From a candidate division WWE3 bacterium (GTDB lineage: Bacteria > Patescibacteriota > WWE3 > UBA101185 > UBA10185): a stretch of 44,112 bases of DNA. Each line of letters opens with the position of its first letter. The first letter of the stretch is position 1. The notes under the pieces were generated by a model, which saw nothing but the letters and a program-made list of their open reading frames with translations, was not told the origin of the DNA and did no database searches. The stretch is taken from positions 1 to 44,112 of the forward strand of contig CAMDGN010000003.1 of the NCBI GenBank assembly GCA_945897985.1, written 5' to 3'. Positions 9,600-19,578 of this stretch are shown in pieces. The position numbers and the translations under genes were made by a program.

Positions 9600-11687
9600 A
9601 TGAGTGAAAATATTACATATCCATTAGAGAAAATTAGAAACATTGGTATTATTGCGCACGTTGATGCCGGTAAAACTACAACTACAGAGAGAATTTTATT
9701 TTATACAGGTAAATCCCACAAAATTGGAGAAGTGCATGAAGGCGCAGCTCAAATGGACTGGATGGAACAAGAGCGAGAAAGAGGTATTACAATTACTTCT
9801 GCTGCTACAACATGTTTTTGGGATAATCACAGAATTAACATTATAGATACACCAGGTCACGTTGACTTCACAGCTGAGGTTGAAAGATCCTTAAGAGTTC
9901 TTGATGGTGGTGTTGTATTGTTTGACGGAGCTCAAGGAGTAGAACCTCAATCCGAGACTGTCTGGAAACAAGCAGAAAAATACGGAGTTCCACTACTTGC
10001 TTTCATAAATAAATTAGACAAAGTTGGAGGAGATTTCTTCATGACTATGGATACTATCCACGAGAGACTTTCCAAAGACGCAGTTGCTGTCCAACTTCCA
10101 TTAGGCTTTGAAGAAACATTCTCAGGAGTTATCGATCTTATCGAACGAAAAGCCTACAAATTTGAAGGAAAAATGGGTCTTGACGTTATAGAGATTGAAA
10201 TCCCTCAAGACATGCTTGAAAAAGTTGAAACTTATAGAAGCACCCTAGTTGAAAAAATTTCTGAAAAAGATGATGTTTTAATGGACAAATTCTTAAATGG
10301 AGAAGAGATCTCAGTTATTGAACTTAAAACAACTCTAAGAAAATTAGTTATTAGTACAACAATCTACCCTATTTTTTGCGGGTCCTCTCTTAAAAATGTT
10401 GGAACCCAAAAATTACTTGATGGTGTTGTAGATTACCTACCTTCACCTAAAGATAAACCTCTTATTAAAGCTAAAAAAGATAATCAAGATGGTGAAGAAA
10501 TTGAACTTATCCCAAACCCAAATGGTGAATTTGCGGCCCTTGCCTTCAAAATCCAAACCGATCCTTATGTTGGAAGAATTACTTATTTCAGAGTTTACTC
10601 TGGAAAAATTTCTGCAGGATCTTACGTCTTGAATCCAAAGAATGGTAAACGAGAAAGAGTTTCAAGACTTCTTCTTATGCATGCAAATCACAGAGAAGAG
10701 ATTAAGGAAGTAGGCGCTGGAGAAATTGCTGTTGCTGTTGGACTAACAGAAACTAGAACAGGAGATACAATGTGTTCTGAAAACACACCAGTTGTGCTAG
10801 AGTCAATTAAATTTGCTACTCCGGTTATCGGACTTGTTATCGAACCAAAGACAAAAAATGATAGAGACAGATTAGGTGAAGCTTTAAGAAAATATCAAGA
10901 AGAGGACCCAACCTTCAAAGTTGAAACTGATGCTGAAACTGCTGAGACTCTTATCTACGGAATGGGTGAATTACACCTTGAGATTATCGTAGATAGATTG
11001 AGAAGAGAGTTTAAAGTTGAGGTTACTACTGGTAAACCCCAAGTTGCCTATAGAGAAACTATTAAGGGTACTGCTGATGTTGAAAATAAATTCATAAGAC
11101 AAACTGGAGGTAGAGGTCAATACGGTCACGTATACATAAGAATTAAACCTCTTGATCAAGGTACTGGATTACAGTTTATTGATAAAATCGTTGGAGGTTC
11201 AATTCCTAGAGAATTTATTCCGGCTGTAGAAAAAGGATTTAAGGAAGCTTGTGAAGCTGGAACTACTGCTGGATACCCTGTAGTAGATATTGAATGCACT
11301 CTATATGATGGGTCATATCACGATGTGGACTCTTCCGAAATTGCCTTCAGGATTGCAGCAATTGAAGCTTTTAGGACAGCACAAAAGAAAGCTACCCCAA
11401 TATTACTTGAACCAATTATGAGTGTTGAGGTTGTTGTCCCTGAAGAATTCATGGGAGATATTATTGGAGATCTATCCTCAAGAAGAGGAAAGATTGAAGG
11501 TACTGAACAAAGGAGCATGTCCAGAGTTATCAGCGCAAAGGTTCCTTTGTCTGAAATGTTCGGGTATGTAACTCACGCTAGAGGTCTAACTCAAGGAAGA
11601 GCTGTTCCAAATATGGAATTCTCACACTATGAGGAGGTACCTTCAAACTTGGTACAGGATATTGCATCAAAAAGAGCTAAGAAATAA
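9600..11687 (+). CDS. fusA: Elongation factor G
   Basis: [45 protein letters not shown]. Confidence 0.99.
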   Translation: MSENITYPLEKIRNIGIIAHVDAGKTTTTERILFYTGKSHKIGEVHEGAAQMDWMEQERERGITITSAATTCFWDNHRINIIDTPGHVDFTAEVERSLRVLDGGVVLFDGAQGVEPQSETVWKQAEKYGVPLLAFINKLDKVGGDFFMTMDTIHERLSKDAVAVQLPLGFEETFSGVIDLIERKAYKFEGKMGLDVIEIEIPQDMLEKVETYRSTLVEKISEKDDVLMDKFLNGEEISVIELKTTLRKLVISTTIYPIFCGSSLKNVGTQKLLDGVVDYLPSPKDKPLIKAKKDNQDGEEIELIPNPNGEFAALAFKIQTDPYVGRITYFRVYSGKISAGSYVLNPKNGKRERVSRLLLMHANHREEIKEVGAGEIAVAVGLTETRTGDTMCSENTPVVLESIKFATPVIGLVIEPKTKNDRDRLGEALRKYQEEDPTFKVETDAETAETLIYGMGELHLEIIVDRLRREFKVEVTTGKPQVAYRETIKGTADVENKFIRQTGGRGQYGHVYIRIKPLDQGTGLQFIDKIVGGSIPREFIPAVEKGFKEACEAGTTAGYPVVDIECTLYDGSYHDVDSSEIAFRIAAIEAFRTAQKKATPILLEPIMSVEVVVPEEFMGDIIGDLSSRRGKIEGTEQRSMSRVISAKVPLSEMFGYVTHARGLTQGRAVPNMEFSHYEEVPSNLVQDIASKRAKK

Positions 11688-11717
11688 CCATAAAAGCACT
11701 TTATTTCAGTAAATTTT

Positions 11718-11726
11718 TGGTATAAT
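11718..11726 (+). promoter_or_regulatory. Extended -10 promoter for tuf
   Basis: TG-G-TATAAT, a consensus extended -10, in the fusA-tuf gap. Confidence 0.7.
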
Positions 11727-11781
11727 ATCGGAGTTATTATTTGTAATTAATTGAGGAAACCCCTCACATAGAAAGATTTAT

Positions 11782-12960
11782 ATGGCAGAGTTTATTAGAA
11801 CAAAACCACACGTAAACATCGGTACTATTGGTCACGTTGACCACGGTAAAACAACATTAACTGCGGCTATTACTACAGTATTGGCTAAAAAAGGCCAAGC
11901 TGAAGCTAGAGCTTACGCACAAATTGATAATTCCCCAGAGGAAAAAGCTAGAGGAATTACTATCTCTATTACTCACGTTGAGTATGAGACAGAAAAGAGA
12001 CACTACGCGCACGTAGATTGTCCAGGACACAAAGACTATATTAAAAACATGATTACTGGTGCTGCACAGATGGATGGAGCAATCCTTGTTGTTGCTGCAA
12101 CTGACGGAGCAATGCCTCAAACAAGAGAGCACTTACTACTTGCTAAACAGGTTAACGTTCCTCAAATTGTTGTATTCTTAAACAAATGCGACATGGTATC
12201 CGACCCTGAACTTCTTGAACTTGTTGAGTTAGAGATCAGAGAATTACTATCAAAATACGGATTCGATGGAGATAACACACCTATAGTAAGAGGCTCAGCT
12301 CTTAAAGCTCTTGAAGGAGATTCTAAATACGAAGACGCTATTATTGAATTAATGAGCGCAGTTGATAGCTTCATTCCAGATCCAATAAGAGATTTAGATA
12401 AAGCTTTCTTAATGCCAGTTGAAGACGTGTTCTCAATTGCAGGAAGAGGTACTGTAGTTACTGGAAGAATCGAAAGAGGAAAAGTAGCTGTTGGTGAAGA
12501 AATCGAAATTGTTGGAATTAAGGATACTGTTAAAACAGTTGTTACCGGAGTTGAAATGTTTAAAAAACAATTAAAAGAAGGTATGGCTGGAGATAACGTA
12601 GGTCTTCTATTAAGAGGAACTAAGAGAGAAGATATCGAAAGAGGTCAAGTTTTGTGTAAACCAGCATCAATTAAACCAGCAACTCAATTTGAGGCTGAAG
12701 TTTATATTCTTTCCAAAGATGAAGGCGGAAGACACAAACAGTTCTTTTCAGGTTATAAACCACAGTTCTATCTAAGAACTACAGATGTAACTGGAGAAAT
12801 CACTTTACCAACTGGTATTGAAATGGTAATGCCAGGAGATAACGTAAAATTCATCGTTAAATTACTTTCCCCAGTAGCTATTGAAGACGGACTAAGGTTC
12901 GCGATCAGAGAAGGTGGGCAAACAGTAGGAGCTGGAGTTGTAACTAAAGTTATAGCTTAA
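11782..12960 (+). CDS. tuf: Elongation factor Tu
   Basis: [26 protein letters not shown]. Confidence 0.99.
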   Translation: MAEFIRTKPHVNIGTIGHVDHGKTTLTAAITTVLAKKGQAEARAYAQIDNSPEEKARGITISITHVEYETEKRHYAHVDCPGHKDYIKNMITGAAQMDGAILVVAATDGAMPQTREHLLLAKQVNVPQIVVFLNKCDMVSDPELLELVELEIRELLSKYGFDGDNTPIVRGSALKALEGDSKYEDAIIELMSAVDSFIPDPIRDLDKAFLMPVEDVFSIAGRGTVVTGRIERGKVAVGEEIEIVGIKDTVKTVVTGVEMFKKQLKEGMAGDNVGLLLRGTKREDIERGQVLCKPASIKPATQFEAEVYILSKDEGGRHKQFFSGYKPQFYLRTTDVTGEITLPTGIEMVMPGDNVKFIVKLLSPVAIEDGLRFAIREGGQTVGAGVVTKVIA

Positions 12961-12968
12961 CCCAAAAA

Positions 12969-12997
12969 GGGCGGATGCGGAGCTACCGCATCCGTCC
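12969..12997 (+). other. GC-rich stem-loop between tuf and rpsJ
   Basis: GGGCGGATGCGG-AGCTA-CCGCATCCGTCC: 12-bp stem with one G-U pair; no U-tract on + strand. Confidence 0.8.
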
Positions 12998-12999
12998 AC

Positions 13000-13323
13000 A
13001 TGAAAGAAAATATGAAAAAAGACTCAAGAATAAGAATAAAATTAAAATCATACGACAGCAGAATCATTGATCTGTCATGTGAGAAGATAATTGATACAGC
13101 TGTTAGAACAGGTGCTAAAGTAGTTGGGCCAGTTCCTCTACCTACTAAAATAGAAAGATTTACTGTTATTAGAGGTCCTTTTATCGACAAAAGATCAAGA
13201 GAACAGTTTGAATTGAGAACTCATAAGAGAGTTATTGATGTTTTAAATCCTACCCCGTCAACAATCGAAAATCTGTCACACTTAAGCTTGCCTGCAGGTG
13301 TCGGTATTTCAATTAAGATGTAA
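13000..13323 (+). CDS. rpsJ: 30S protein uS10 (start may be 13012)
   Basis: [26 protein letters not shown]. Confidence 0.98.
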   Translation: MKENMKKDSRIRIKLKSYDSRIIDLSCEKIIDTAVRTGAKVVGPVPLPTKIERFTVIRGPFIDKRSREQFELRTHKRVIDVLNPTPSTIENLSHLSLPAGVGISIKM

Positions 13324-13360
13324 TTCTTTAAAGAAATCCCTTCAAATTTCTATCATTTTT

Positions 13361-13386
13361 TGGTAGAATACTGACATTGATAAAAT
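13361..13386 (+). promoter_or_regulatory. Tandem extended -10 elements upstream of rplC
   Basis: TG-G-TAGAAT (13361-13369) and TG-A-TAAAAT (13378-13386) in an 86-bp gap. Confidence 0.5.
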
Positions 13387-13409
13387 GATAACTTGTCAGA
13401 GAAATATAT

Positions 13410-13844
13410 ATGTTAAAAATAAATGCTTTAAAATTAAATATGACCCAGGTTTTCATGGAAGACGGAAAAGTTATCCCAGTGACCATATTAAAAGCAGAAT
13501 CTGAAATATCAGATATTTTACTAAATCAAACAGCTAAAATGACTTCAACATCAAAAGGTAAAGGTTTTACTGGTGTAATGAAGAGATGGAACTTCTCAGG
13601 TCAACAAGCTACTAGAGGTCAATCAGACCGACCTAGAGCAGCTGGTTCTATTGGTGCTCAAACTCCAGGAAGAGTTTTTGCAGGAAAGAAAATGGCTGGA
13701 AGACACGGTAATAAAAAGGTTACTTTAAAAAATATCGCTGTTTTACAAGTTGATTTGAATGCAAAGACTTTATATGTTTCAGGACCCGTTCCTGGAAGCA
13801 GAAACACTAAAGTTGAATTATATTTCGAGGGATTAGGTGAATAG
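13410..13844 (+). CDS. rplC: 50S protein uL3, internally shortened (144 aa)
   Basis: MTQVF..G..IPVT, SKGKGFTGVMKRWNF, GSIG, PGRVF.GKKMAG, GPVPG; position between rpsJ and rplD. Confidence 0.96.
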   Translation: MLKINALKLNMTQVFMEDGKVIPVTILKAESEISDILLNQTAKMTSTSKGKGFTGVMKRWNFSGQQATRGQSDRPRAAGSIGAQTPGRVFAGKKMAGRHGNKKVTLKNIAVLQVDLNAKTLYVSGPVPGSRNTKVELYFEGLGE

Positions 13845-13845
13845 T

Positions 13846-14484
13846 ATGTCAAATTTTAAATTAGATGTTTTAAATAATAAAGGCGACGTAGTTTCTAATA
13901 TTTCATTATCAGAAATTTTATTTGGAAAAGAAGCTAACTCTGACCTAGTTGCTCAATATATTAGAGTTTACTTAACAAACCAAAGAGTTGGAAACGCTTC
14001 TACTAAAACTAGAGGTGAAGTTTCTGGCTCAGGTAAAAAACCTTATAAACAAAAGGGTACTGGTAACGCTAGAAGAAGTTCTCTTAGAACACCTTTGGCT
14101 AGAGGTGGTGGTATTACTTTCGGTCCAAAACCAAGAAAATTTAGATTAGAGATGCCAAGGAAAATGAGGATTGGAGCTTTATTAAATGTTCTTTCCTCAA
14201 GACTTGCTTCCAATAATATGTTTATCTTAAATTCTTTTGGTACCTCCGATATTAAAACTAAACAAGTTTTGGAGATCCTTGAGTCTATCAAATTAGCAGG
14301 AACTAAAACTTTAATTATTACTAGCGAGAAAGATGATAATGTCTTAAAATCAGCTAGAAATATTGATAGAGTTTCTGTACGAATGGTTAAAAACTTAAAT
14401 GCTTACGATGTTATTTCACATAAGAATATTCTATTTTTAGAAGATTCTATTAAATCTTTAGAGGACAAATATGAGAATAAGTAA
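13846..14484 (+). CDS. rplD: 50S protein uL4
   Basis: TKTRGEVSG, KQKGTGNAR, GGGITFGPKP; ATG 13846 follows the rplC stop. Confidence 0.98.
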   Translation: MSNFKLDVLNNKGDVVSNISLSEILFGKEANSDLVAQYIRVYLTNQRVGNASTKTRGEVSGSGKKPYKQKGTGNARRSSLRTPLARGGGITFGPKPRKFRLEMPRKMRIGALLNVLSSRLASNNMFILNSFGTSDIKTKQVLEILESIKLAGTKTLIITSEKDDNVLKSARNIDRVSVRMVKNLNAYDVISHKNILFLEDSIKSLEDKYENK

Positions 14485-14776
14485 TGATATAAAAAAATTA
14501 ATAGTTACTGAGAAATCAACCGCTCTTAAAGATAGAAACATCTATGTTTTTAAAGTTGACGAATCTCTAAGTAAGTTCGGTATTGCTGAGAATATTGCTA
14601 AGTTGTTTAATGTTGATGTTGTCGATGTTAGAACAGTTATAATGCCAAGCAAGAGAAAAGTTATCTATTCAAAATCTACCAGAAAACAAACAAAGATCAG
14701 AACCGGAAGATTTAAAAAAGCTTACGTTGAGATTAAAGATGGTCAAGTAATAGACCTAAATAAGGAGAATAAATAA
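14471..14776 (+). CDS. rplW: 50S protein uL23
   Basis: VTEKS, LFNVDV..VRT, FKKAYV; synteny. Confidence 0.96.
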   Translation: MRISNDIKKLIVTEKSTALKDRNIYVFKVDESLSKFGIAENIAKLFNVDVVDVRTVIMPSKRKVIYSKSTRKQTKIRTGRFKKAYVEIKDGQVIDLNKENK

Positions 14777-15600
14777 TGCTTAAGTCATATAAACCTAGAA
14801 CTCCTGGAACAAGAAATAAGAGATCTTTAGTAGCAACTAAAGTTACTAGATCAAAACCTGAAAAATCACTAATTGTTCCTCTTAAAGGCCCAGCTGGTAG
14901 ATCCAATGGAAGAATATCTGTAAGACATAAATCTAGAGGTGCTAAGAAATTCTATAGAATTATTGATTTCAAAAGAGATAAATTAAACATCCCAGCTAAA
15001 GTTGCTGCAATTGAATATGATCCAAACAGAGGACCACTAATTGCTTTACTTCACTATGCCGATGGTGAGAAGAGATACATCTTAGCTCCAGAAGGCTTAC
15101 AAGTTGGTGCTATGATTTTATCAGGCGATCATATAGAATTTACACCTGGAAACACTACTAAATTAGCTAGAATTCCCGCTGGAACTGTTATTCACTGCAT
15201 TGAATTAAATCCTGGACAAGGTGCTTCGATGGTAAGAGGTGCAGGTAACTTCGGTACCTTACTAGCTAAAGAAGGAAACTTCGCTCAAATCAAGCTACCT
15301 TCTGGTGAGTTCAAAAAAGTCTCACTTGAGTGTTTTGCTACAATCGGTGTATTGAGTAATCAAGATGTTAGAAACATCAGACTAGGTAAAGCTGGTACTA
15401 ACAGACACAAAGGTGTTAGACCTTCTGTTAGAGGTGTTGCTATGGCTAACCCATCAGATCACCCACATGCTGGATCTTATAAAGATAACGGTATTGGTAT
15501 GCCTTCACCTAAATCACCGTGGGGTTGGAAAACAAGAGGTGTTAAGACTAGAAGCAGAAGACATACAAATAAGTTTATTGTGAAAGATAGGAGAAAATAA
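14776..15600 (+). CDS. rplB: 50S protein uL2
   Basis: [40 protein letters not shown]. Confidence 0.99.
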   Translation: MLKSYKPRTPGTRNKRSLVATKVTRSKPEKSLIVPLKGPAGRSNGRISVRHKSRGAKKFYRIIDFKRDKLNIPAKVAAIEYDPNRGPLIALLHYADGEKRYILAPEGLQVGAMILSGDHIEFTPGNTTKLARIPAGTVIHCIELNPGQGASMVRGAGNFGTLLAKEGNFAQIKLPSGEFKKVSLECFATIGVLSNQDVRNIRLGKAGTNRHKGVRPSVRGVAMANPSDHPHAGSYKDNGIGMPSPKSPWGWKTRGVKTRSRRHTNKFIVKDRRK

Positions 15601-15601
15601 A

Positions 15602-15868
15602 ATGTCTAGATCACTTAAAAAAGGACCTTATATTGATGAAAAATTAATGAAAAAAGTAGCTACCATCCGACAATTAGGTAGTAAATTAACTTTTAAAACA
15701 TGGTCAAGAAGATCTACTATCACTCCTGAAATGATCGGATTCACAATAGAAGTTCACAACGGAAAGATTTTCCACCCTGTATTTGTTACAGAAGCCATGG
15801 TAGGGCATAAGTTGGGAGAGTTTTCTTTAACCAGAAAATTCGTTAAACACTCAACTAAGAAGGATTAA
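15602..15868 (+). CDS. rpsS: 30S protein uS19
   Basis: [25 protein letters not shown]. Confidence 0.99.
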   Translation: MSRSLKKGPYIDEKLMKKVATIRQLGSKLTFKTWSRRSTITPEMIGFTIEVHNGKIFHPVFVTEAMVGHKLGEFSLTRKFVKHSTKKD

Positions 15869-15871
15869 TAT

Positions 15872-16225
15872 ATGAATGAACCAAAATCACAAGTATACGC
15901 TAAATTATCAAGTAGCCATACTTCTGCAAAAAAAGTCAGAATTATTATGGAATTGATTAGAAATAAAGATGCTGTATTAGCTGAAAGAATCTTAGCCTTC
16001 CATCCTTCAAAAGGTGCTAGAATCTTAGCTAAGGTTTTAAAATCAGTTATTAGTAACGCATCAACTAATCTTAATCTTTCTAAAGAAAATTTAGTTGTTA
16101 CCGAAGTATTCGCTAACGAAGCTCCTACTCTTAAAAGAGGTCGACCTGCTTCAAGAGGTAAATACTCTCCAATATTAAAAAGAAGAAGCCACGTTATTAT
16201 TGGCTTATCAGGAAGGAACAAGTAA
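15872..16225 (+). CDS. rplV: 50S protein uL22
   Basis: SAKKVR, LKR.RP.SRG, KRRSHV; synteny. Confidence 0.97.
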   Translation: MNEPKSQVYAKLSSSHTSAKKVRIIMELIRNKDAVLAERILAFHPSKGARILAKVLKSVISNASTNLNLSKENLVVTEVFANEAPTLKRGRPASRGKYSPILKRRSHVIIGLSGRNK

Positions 16226-16857
16226 TGGGACAAAAGATTAATCCTATAGGTTTTAGAATCGGAATTTCAAAAGACTGGACTTCAAAATGGTTTGCCGAAA
16301 AAGATGAGTATTCAAAAAATACTATTGAAGATTATAGAATTAGAAGATTCCTTGAGAAGAAATTCGAGCCAGCAGGATTAAAAGATATCTTGATTGAGAG
16401 ATCCGGAAACATATTAAGTGTGACCATTAGAGTTTCAAACCCTGGTATTGTTATCGGTAAAGGTGGAGCCGGTGTTGAATCAGCTGAAAAAGAAATCAAG
16501 AAAATTACAAAATCAGTTGTAAGAATTACTGCTGAAGAAGTTAAAATTCCTGAAATTCACGCAAGCATCGTTGCTAACAATATTTATAGACAATTAAAGA
16601 AGAGAATTAAAGCGAACAGAGCTGCTCAACAAGCTGTAAAAGCTGCAATGGATAAAGGTGCTAAAGGAATAAGAATTAAAGTCTCTGGTTTATTAGGGGG
16701 TGGTTCTACTATCGCTAGAACTGAGACTTTCAGAGAAGGCTCTATCCCAGCTCAAAAATTAAGAGCTGATATTGATTACGCACAGTTGCACGCACATATG
16801 ATGTATGGTGCAATTGGAATTAAAGTATGGATTTATAAAGGTGACTTGGAGTTATAA
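16225..16857 (+). CDS. rpsC: 30S protein uS3
   Basis: MGQKINPIGFR, PGIVIGKGG, LRADIDY, GIKVWIYKG. Confidence 0.99.
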   Translation: MGQKINPIGFRIGISKDWTSKWFAEKDEYSKNTIEDYRIRRFLEKKFEPAGLKDILIERSGNILSVTIRVSNPGIVIGKGGAGVESAEKEIKKITKSVVRITAEEVKIPEIHASIVANNIYRQLKKRIKANRAAQQAVKAAMDKGAKGIRIKVSGLLGGGSTIARTETFREGSIPAQKLRADIDYAQLHAHMMYGAIGIKVWIYKGDLEL

Positions 16858-16863
16858 ACAATT

Positions 16864-17274
16864 ATGTTGATGCCAAAGAAAGTAAAATTTAGAAAACACC
16901 AAAGAGGTAACAATAAAGGACTAGCTGTAAGAGGTTCTTCTATATCATTTGGTGAATTTGCTTTAAAATCTGTTACTAGAGGTCTTATTACTTCAAGACA
17001 GATTGAATCAGCTAGAAAAGCCATCTCAAATAAAACTAAAAGAGGTGGTAAGGTTTGGGTTAGAATTTTCCCAGATAAGCCTATTCACAAAAAACCTGCT
17101 GAAACAAGAATGGGATCAGGTAAATCTCCTGTTGATCATTTTGCAGCAGTTATTAAACCAGGTAAAGTATTATTTGAAATTGGTGGTGTTGATGAAGCAA
17201 CAGCTAGAGAGGCTTTCAAAAGAGCTGAAGCAAAATTACCACTTAAGACCAAATTTGTGAAAGATGGGTTATAA
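16864..17274 (+). CDS. rplP: 50S protein uL16
   Basis: [24 protein letters not shown]. Confidence 0.99.
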   Translation: MLMPKKVKFRKHQRGNNKGLAVRGSSISFGEFALKSVTRGLITSRQIESARKAISNKTKRGGKVWVRIFPDKPIHKKPAETRMGSGKSPVDHFAAVIKPGKVLFEIGGVDEATAREAFKRAEAKLPLKTKFVKDGL

Positions 17275-17275
17275 T

Positions 17276-17494
17276 ATGATGTCTCAAGAATTAAGGAAAA
17301 AAACAGTAGCTGAGTTAAAAGAGATGATTTCTGGTAAAAAGTCTGAAATCCTTGATTTATCAAAGGCTATTCTTAAAGGTACTGAGAAAAATGTTAAAAA
17401 AATAAATTTTTTAAGAAAAGAAGTTGCTAGAATCTCAACTATTCTTAATGAGAAGGTTTTGATTTCTACAATTGAGGAAGCTAAAAATGAGTAA
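17276..17494 (+). CDS. rpmC: 50S protein uL29
   Basis: ELR..T..EL, RKEVARISTILNE; synteny; ATG follows the rplP stop. Confidence 0.93.
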   Translation: MMSQELRKKTVAELKEMISGKKSEILDLSKAILKGTEKNVKKINFLRKEVARISTILNEKVLISTIEEAKNE

Positions 17495-17729
17495 GAAAAT
17501 ATTTACTGGTGTTGTAACATCAAACAAAATGAATAAAACTGTGGTAGTTACTGTTGATACAGTTAAGTCACACTCTCTTTACGAAAAAAAAGTAAGGTTA
17601 ACTAAGAAATTCATGGCTCACAACGAATTAGAAGTTAGCGAGGGAGATATGGTTACTATTCAAGAATCTAAACCTTTCAGTAAGAATGTTAAATTTGAAG
17701 TTGTAAAGGTAGAGAAAGAGGCTAAATAA
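17487..17729 (+). CDS. rpsQ: 30S protein uS17
   Basis: GVVTSNKMNKTVVV, KKFMAHN, GD.V.I.ESKPFSK. Confidence 0.98.
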   Translation: MSKKIFTGVVTSNKMNKTVVVTVDTVKSHSLYEKKVRLTKKFMAHNELEVSEGDMVTIQESKPFSKNVKFEVVKVEKEAK

Positions 17730-17730
17730 T

Positions 17731-18099
17731 ATGGTACAAGTCGGAACAGTTTTAAAAGTTGCAGATAATTCAGGTGCTAAAAAGCTTAAACTTATTGGTA
17801 TTCCTGGGGATTCAAGAAGAAGATTTGCATCTCTTGGTGATATTGTTACTGTAGCGGTTAGTGGAGCTGATTCCGCAGGTTCTGTAAAAGATCACTCAGT
17901 TGTTAAAGCTGTAATTGTTAGAGTTAGAAAAGAGATTAGAAGAAAAGATGGCTCTCATATAAGATTTGATGATAACGCGGCTGTTGTTATTTCTAAAGAT
18001 AAAACAATGGTTGGGTCTAGAGTTTTCGGCCCTGTTGCTAGAGAGCTAAGAGATTCAGGCTTTTTAAAAGTTGTTTCTTTGGCTAAGGAGGTTTGGTAA
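17731..18099 (+). CDS. rplN: 50S protein uL14
   Basis: VADNSGAK, IRFDDNAAV, GSRVFGPVARELR. Confidence 0.99.
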   Translation: MVQVGTVLKVADNSGAKKLKLIGIPGDSRRRFASLGDIVTVAVSGADSAGSVKDHSVVKAVIVRVRKEIRRKDGSHIRFDDNAAVVISKDKTMVGSRVFGPVARELRDSGFLKVVSLAKEVW

Positions 18100-18104
18100 A
18101 AAAT

Positions 18105-18416
18105 ATGAAATTAAGATTAAAAGATAAAGTAAAAGTAATATCAGGAAAAGATAAAGGTAAGACTGGTGAAATCATCAAAGTTCTTCTTCTTGAAAACAAG
18201 GTTATTGTCCAAGGAATAAACTTTGTTAAAAAACATGTTAAACCTGGTGTTGTAAACAAAGAAGGTGGAATTATAACTTTTGAAAAACCTGTCCATGTAT
18301 CAAACGTAATGTTTCTTGATGAAAAAGAAAATAAACCTTCAAGATTAGGTTACACTCTTGTTGATGGTAAGAAATTTAGAGTTATTAAAGAAACAGGAGA
18401 AGTTTTAAAGAAATAA
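18105..18416 (+). CDS. rplX: 50S protein uL24
   Basis: KOW motif DKVKVISGKDKGKTG, HVSNV. Confidence 0.98.
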   Translation: MKLRLKDKVKVISGKDKGKTGEIIKVLLLENKVIVQGINFVKKHVKPGVVNKEGGIITFEKPVHVSNVMFLDEKENKPSRLGYTLVDGKKFRVIKETGEVLKK

Positions 18417-18425
18417 TTGGATTAT

Positions 18426-18965
18426 ATGAATAGATTAAAAGAATTATATTTTAATAATGTTAAGAGCGAATTACTTTCTGAGCTTGTGCTTAAGAATGTA
18501 ATGCAGCTTCCTTCTCTTGAGAAGATTGTAATCAACTCTGGTGTTGGTTCTTTTAGAGACAATAAAGATGCTTTGGATTCATTTTATAATGAAATCACCG
18601 CTATCTCCGGTCAAAAACCTACATTTAGAAAATCTAGAATTGCTGAAGCTGGGTTTAAAGTAAGAAAGAACGATATCGTTGGTATAACTGTAACTCTTAG
18701 AGGTGAAAGAATGTGGAACTTTTTAGAGAAGTTTATTTCTGTCTCTTTACCACGAGTTAGAGATTTCAAAGGTGTTAGCACTAAAGCTTTCGATAAATTG
18801 GGTAATTACTCAATTGGTATTAAGGAACAAGTAATCTTCCCTGAAGTTGACTCAAATAAAACTAAAGGAATTAGATCATTGCAACTTACTTTTGTGTTTA
18901 AAAATGGCTCACCTGTAAACAGTATGAATTTATTAAAGAAACTTGGATTGCCTTTTTCTAAGTAA
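18426..18965 (+). CDS. rplE: 50S protein uL5
   Basis: EKIVINSGVG, GQKP, VTLRG, PRVRDFKG, FPE. Confidence 0.98.
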   Translation: MNRLKELYFNNVKSELLSELVLKNVMQLPSLEKIVINSGVGSFRDNKDALDSFYNEITAISGQKPTFRKSRIAEAGFKVRKNDIVGITVTLRGERMWNFLEKFISVSLPRVRDFKGVSTKAFDKLGNYSIGIKEQVIFPEVDSNKTKGIRSLQLTFVFKNGSPVNSMNLLKKLGLPFSK

Positions 18966-18970
18966 TATTG

Positions 18971-18979
18971 TGATAAAAT
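18971..18979 (+). promoter_or_regulatory. Possible internal extended -10 upstream of rpsN
   Basis: TG-A-TAAAAT, 11 nt before the ATG, in a 25-bp gap. Confidence 0.45.
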
Positions 18980-18990
18980 AACCAAACATT

Positions 18991-19176
18991 ATGGCTAAGC
19001 AAGGAAAATTACAAAGACATAAAAGACCCCAGAAATTCTCTTCCAGAGATTACCATAGATGCAACATTTGCGGCAATCCAAGAGCTTATATGGGAAAATT
19101 TGGTATTTGTAGAATTTGTTTTAGAGAATTAGCTCACAAGGGAGAACTTCCTGGAGTAAAGAAAGCAAGCTGGTAA
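18991..19176 (+). CDS. rpsN: 30S protein uS14, Zn-binding (type Z) form
   Basis: 61 aa, [20 protein letters not shown]. Confidence 0.99.
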   Translation: MAKQGKLQRHKRPQKFSSRDYHRCNICGNPRAYMGKFGICRICFRELAHKGELPGVKKASW

Positions 19177-19181
19177 ATTAT

Positions 19182-19577
19182 ATGGATACAATAGCTAACT
19201 TATTATCAAGTTTAAAGAACGCTTCTATGGTTTCAAAAGAATCAATTGAGGTTCCTTATTCAAAAATATCAGAAGAAATTTTGAAATTATGTAAAGTAAA
19301 TGGATTTATTAAAGCTGTTAAGCCTTTTAAACATAAAGATAGCGTTATTAAAGGTCTTTCTATCGAACTATCCTACCTTGAAAGCGGTAAAGCTAAAATT
19401 TCAGAGGCAAAAAGACTTTCAAGACCTGGAAGAAGGATTTATAGAGGATTTACAGAAATTAAAGATGAAAGAAAAGGATTTGGTTTAATCATTGTATCAA
19501 CTTCAAGGGGATTGATGCCTATCGCTGAAGCTAAAAAGAAGCACTTAGGCGGTGAGTTAATCTGCGAAATATATTAA
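19182..19577 (+). CDS. rpsH: 30S protein uS8
   Basis: SRPGRRIY, IVSTSRG, GGELIC. Confidence 0.98.
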   Translation: MDTIANLLSSLKNASMVSKESIEVPYSKISEEILKLCKVNGFIKAVKPFKHKDSVIKGLSIELSYLESGKAKISEAKRLSRPGRRIYRGFTEIKDERKGFGLIIVSTSRGLMPIAEAKKKHLGGELICEIY

Positions 19578-19578
19578 T

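Noticed and set aside
12961-13409. tRNA or small RNA gene in the tuf/rpsJ/rplC gaps
   Set aside because: Gaps are short and show no cloverleaf or T-loop signature
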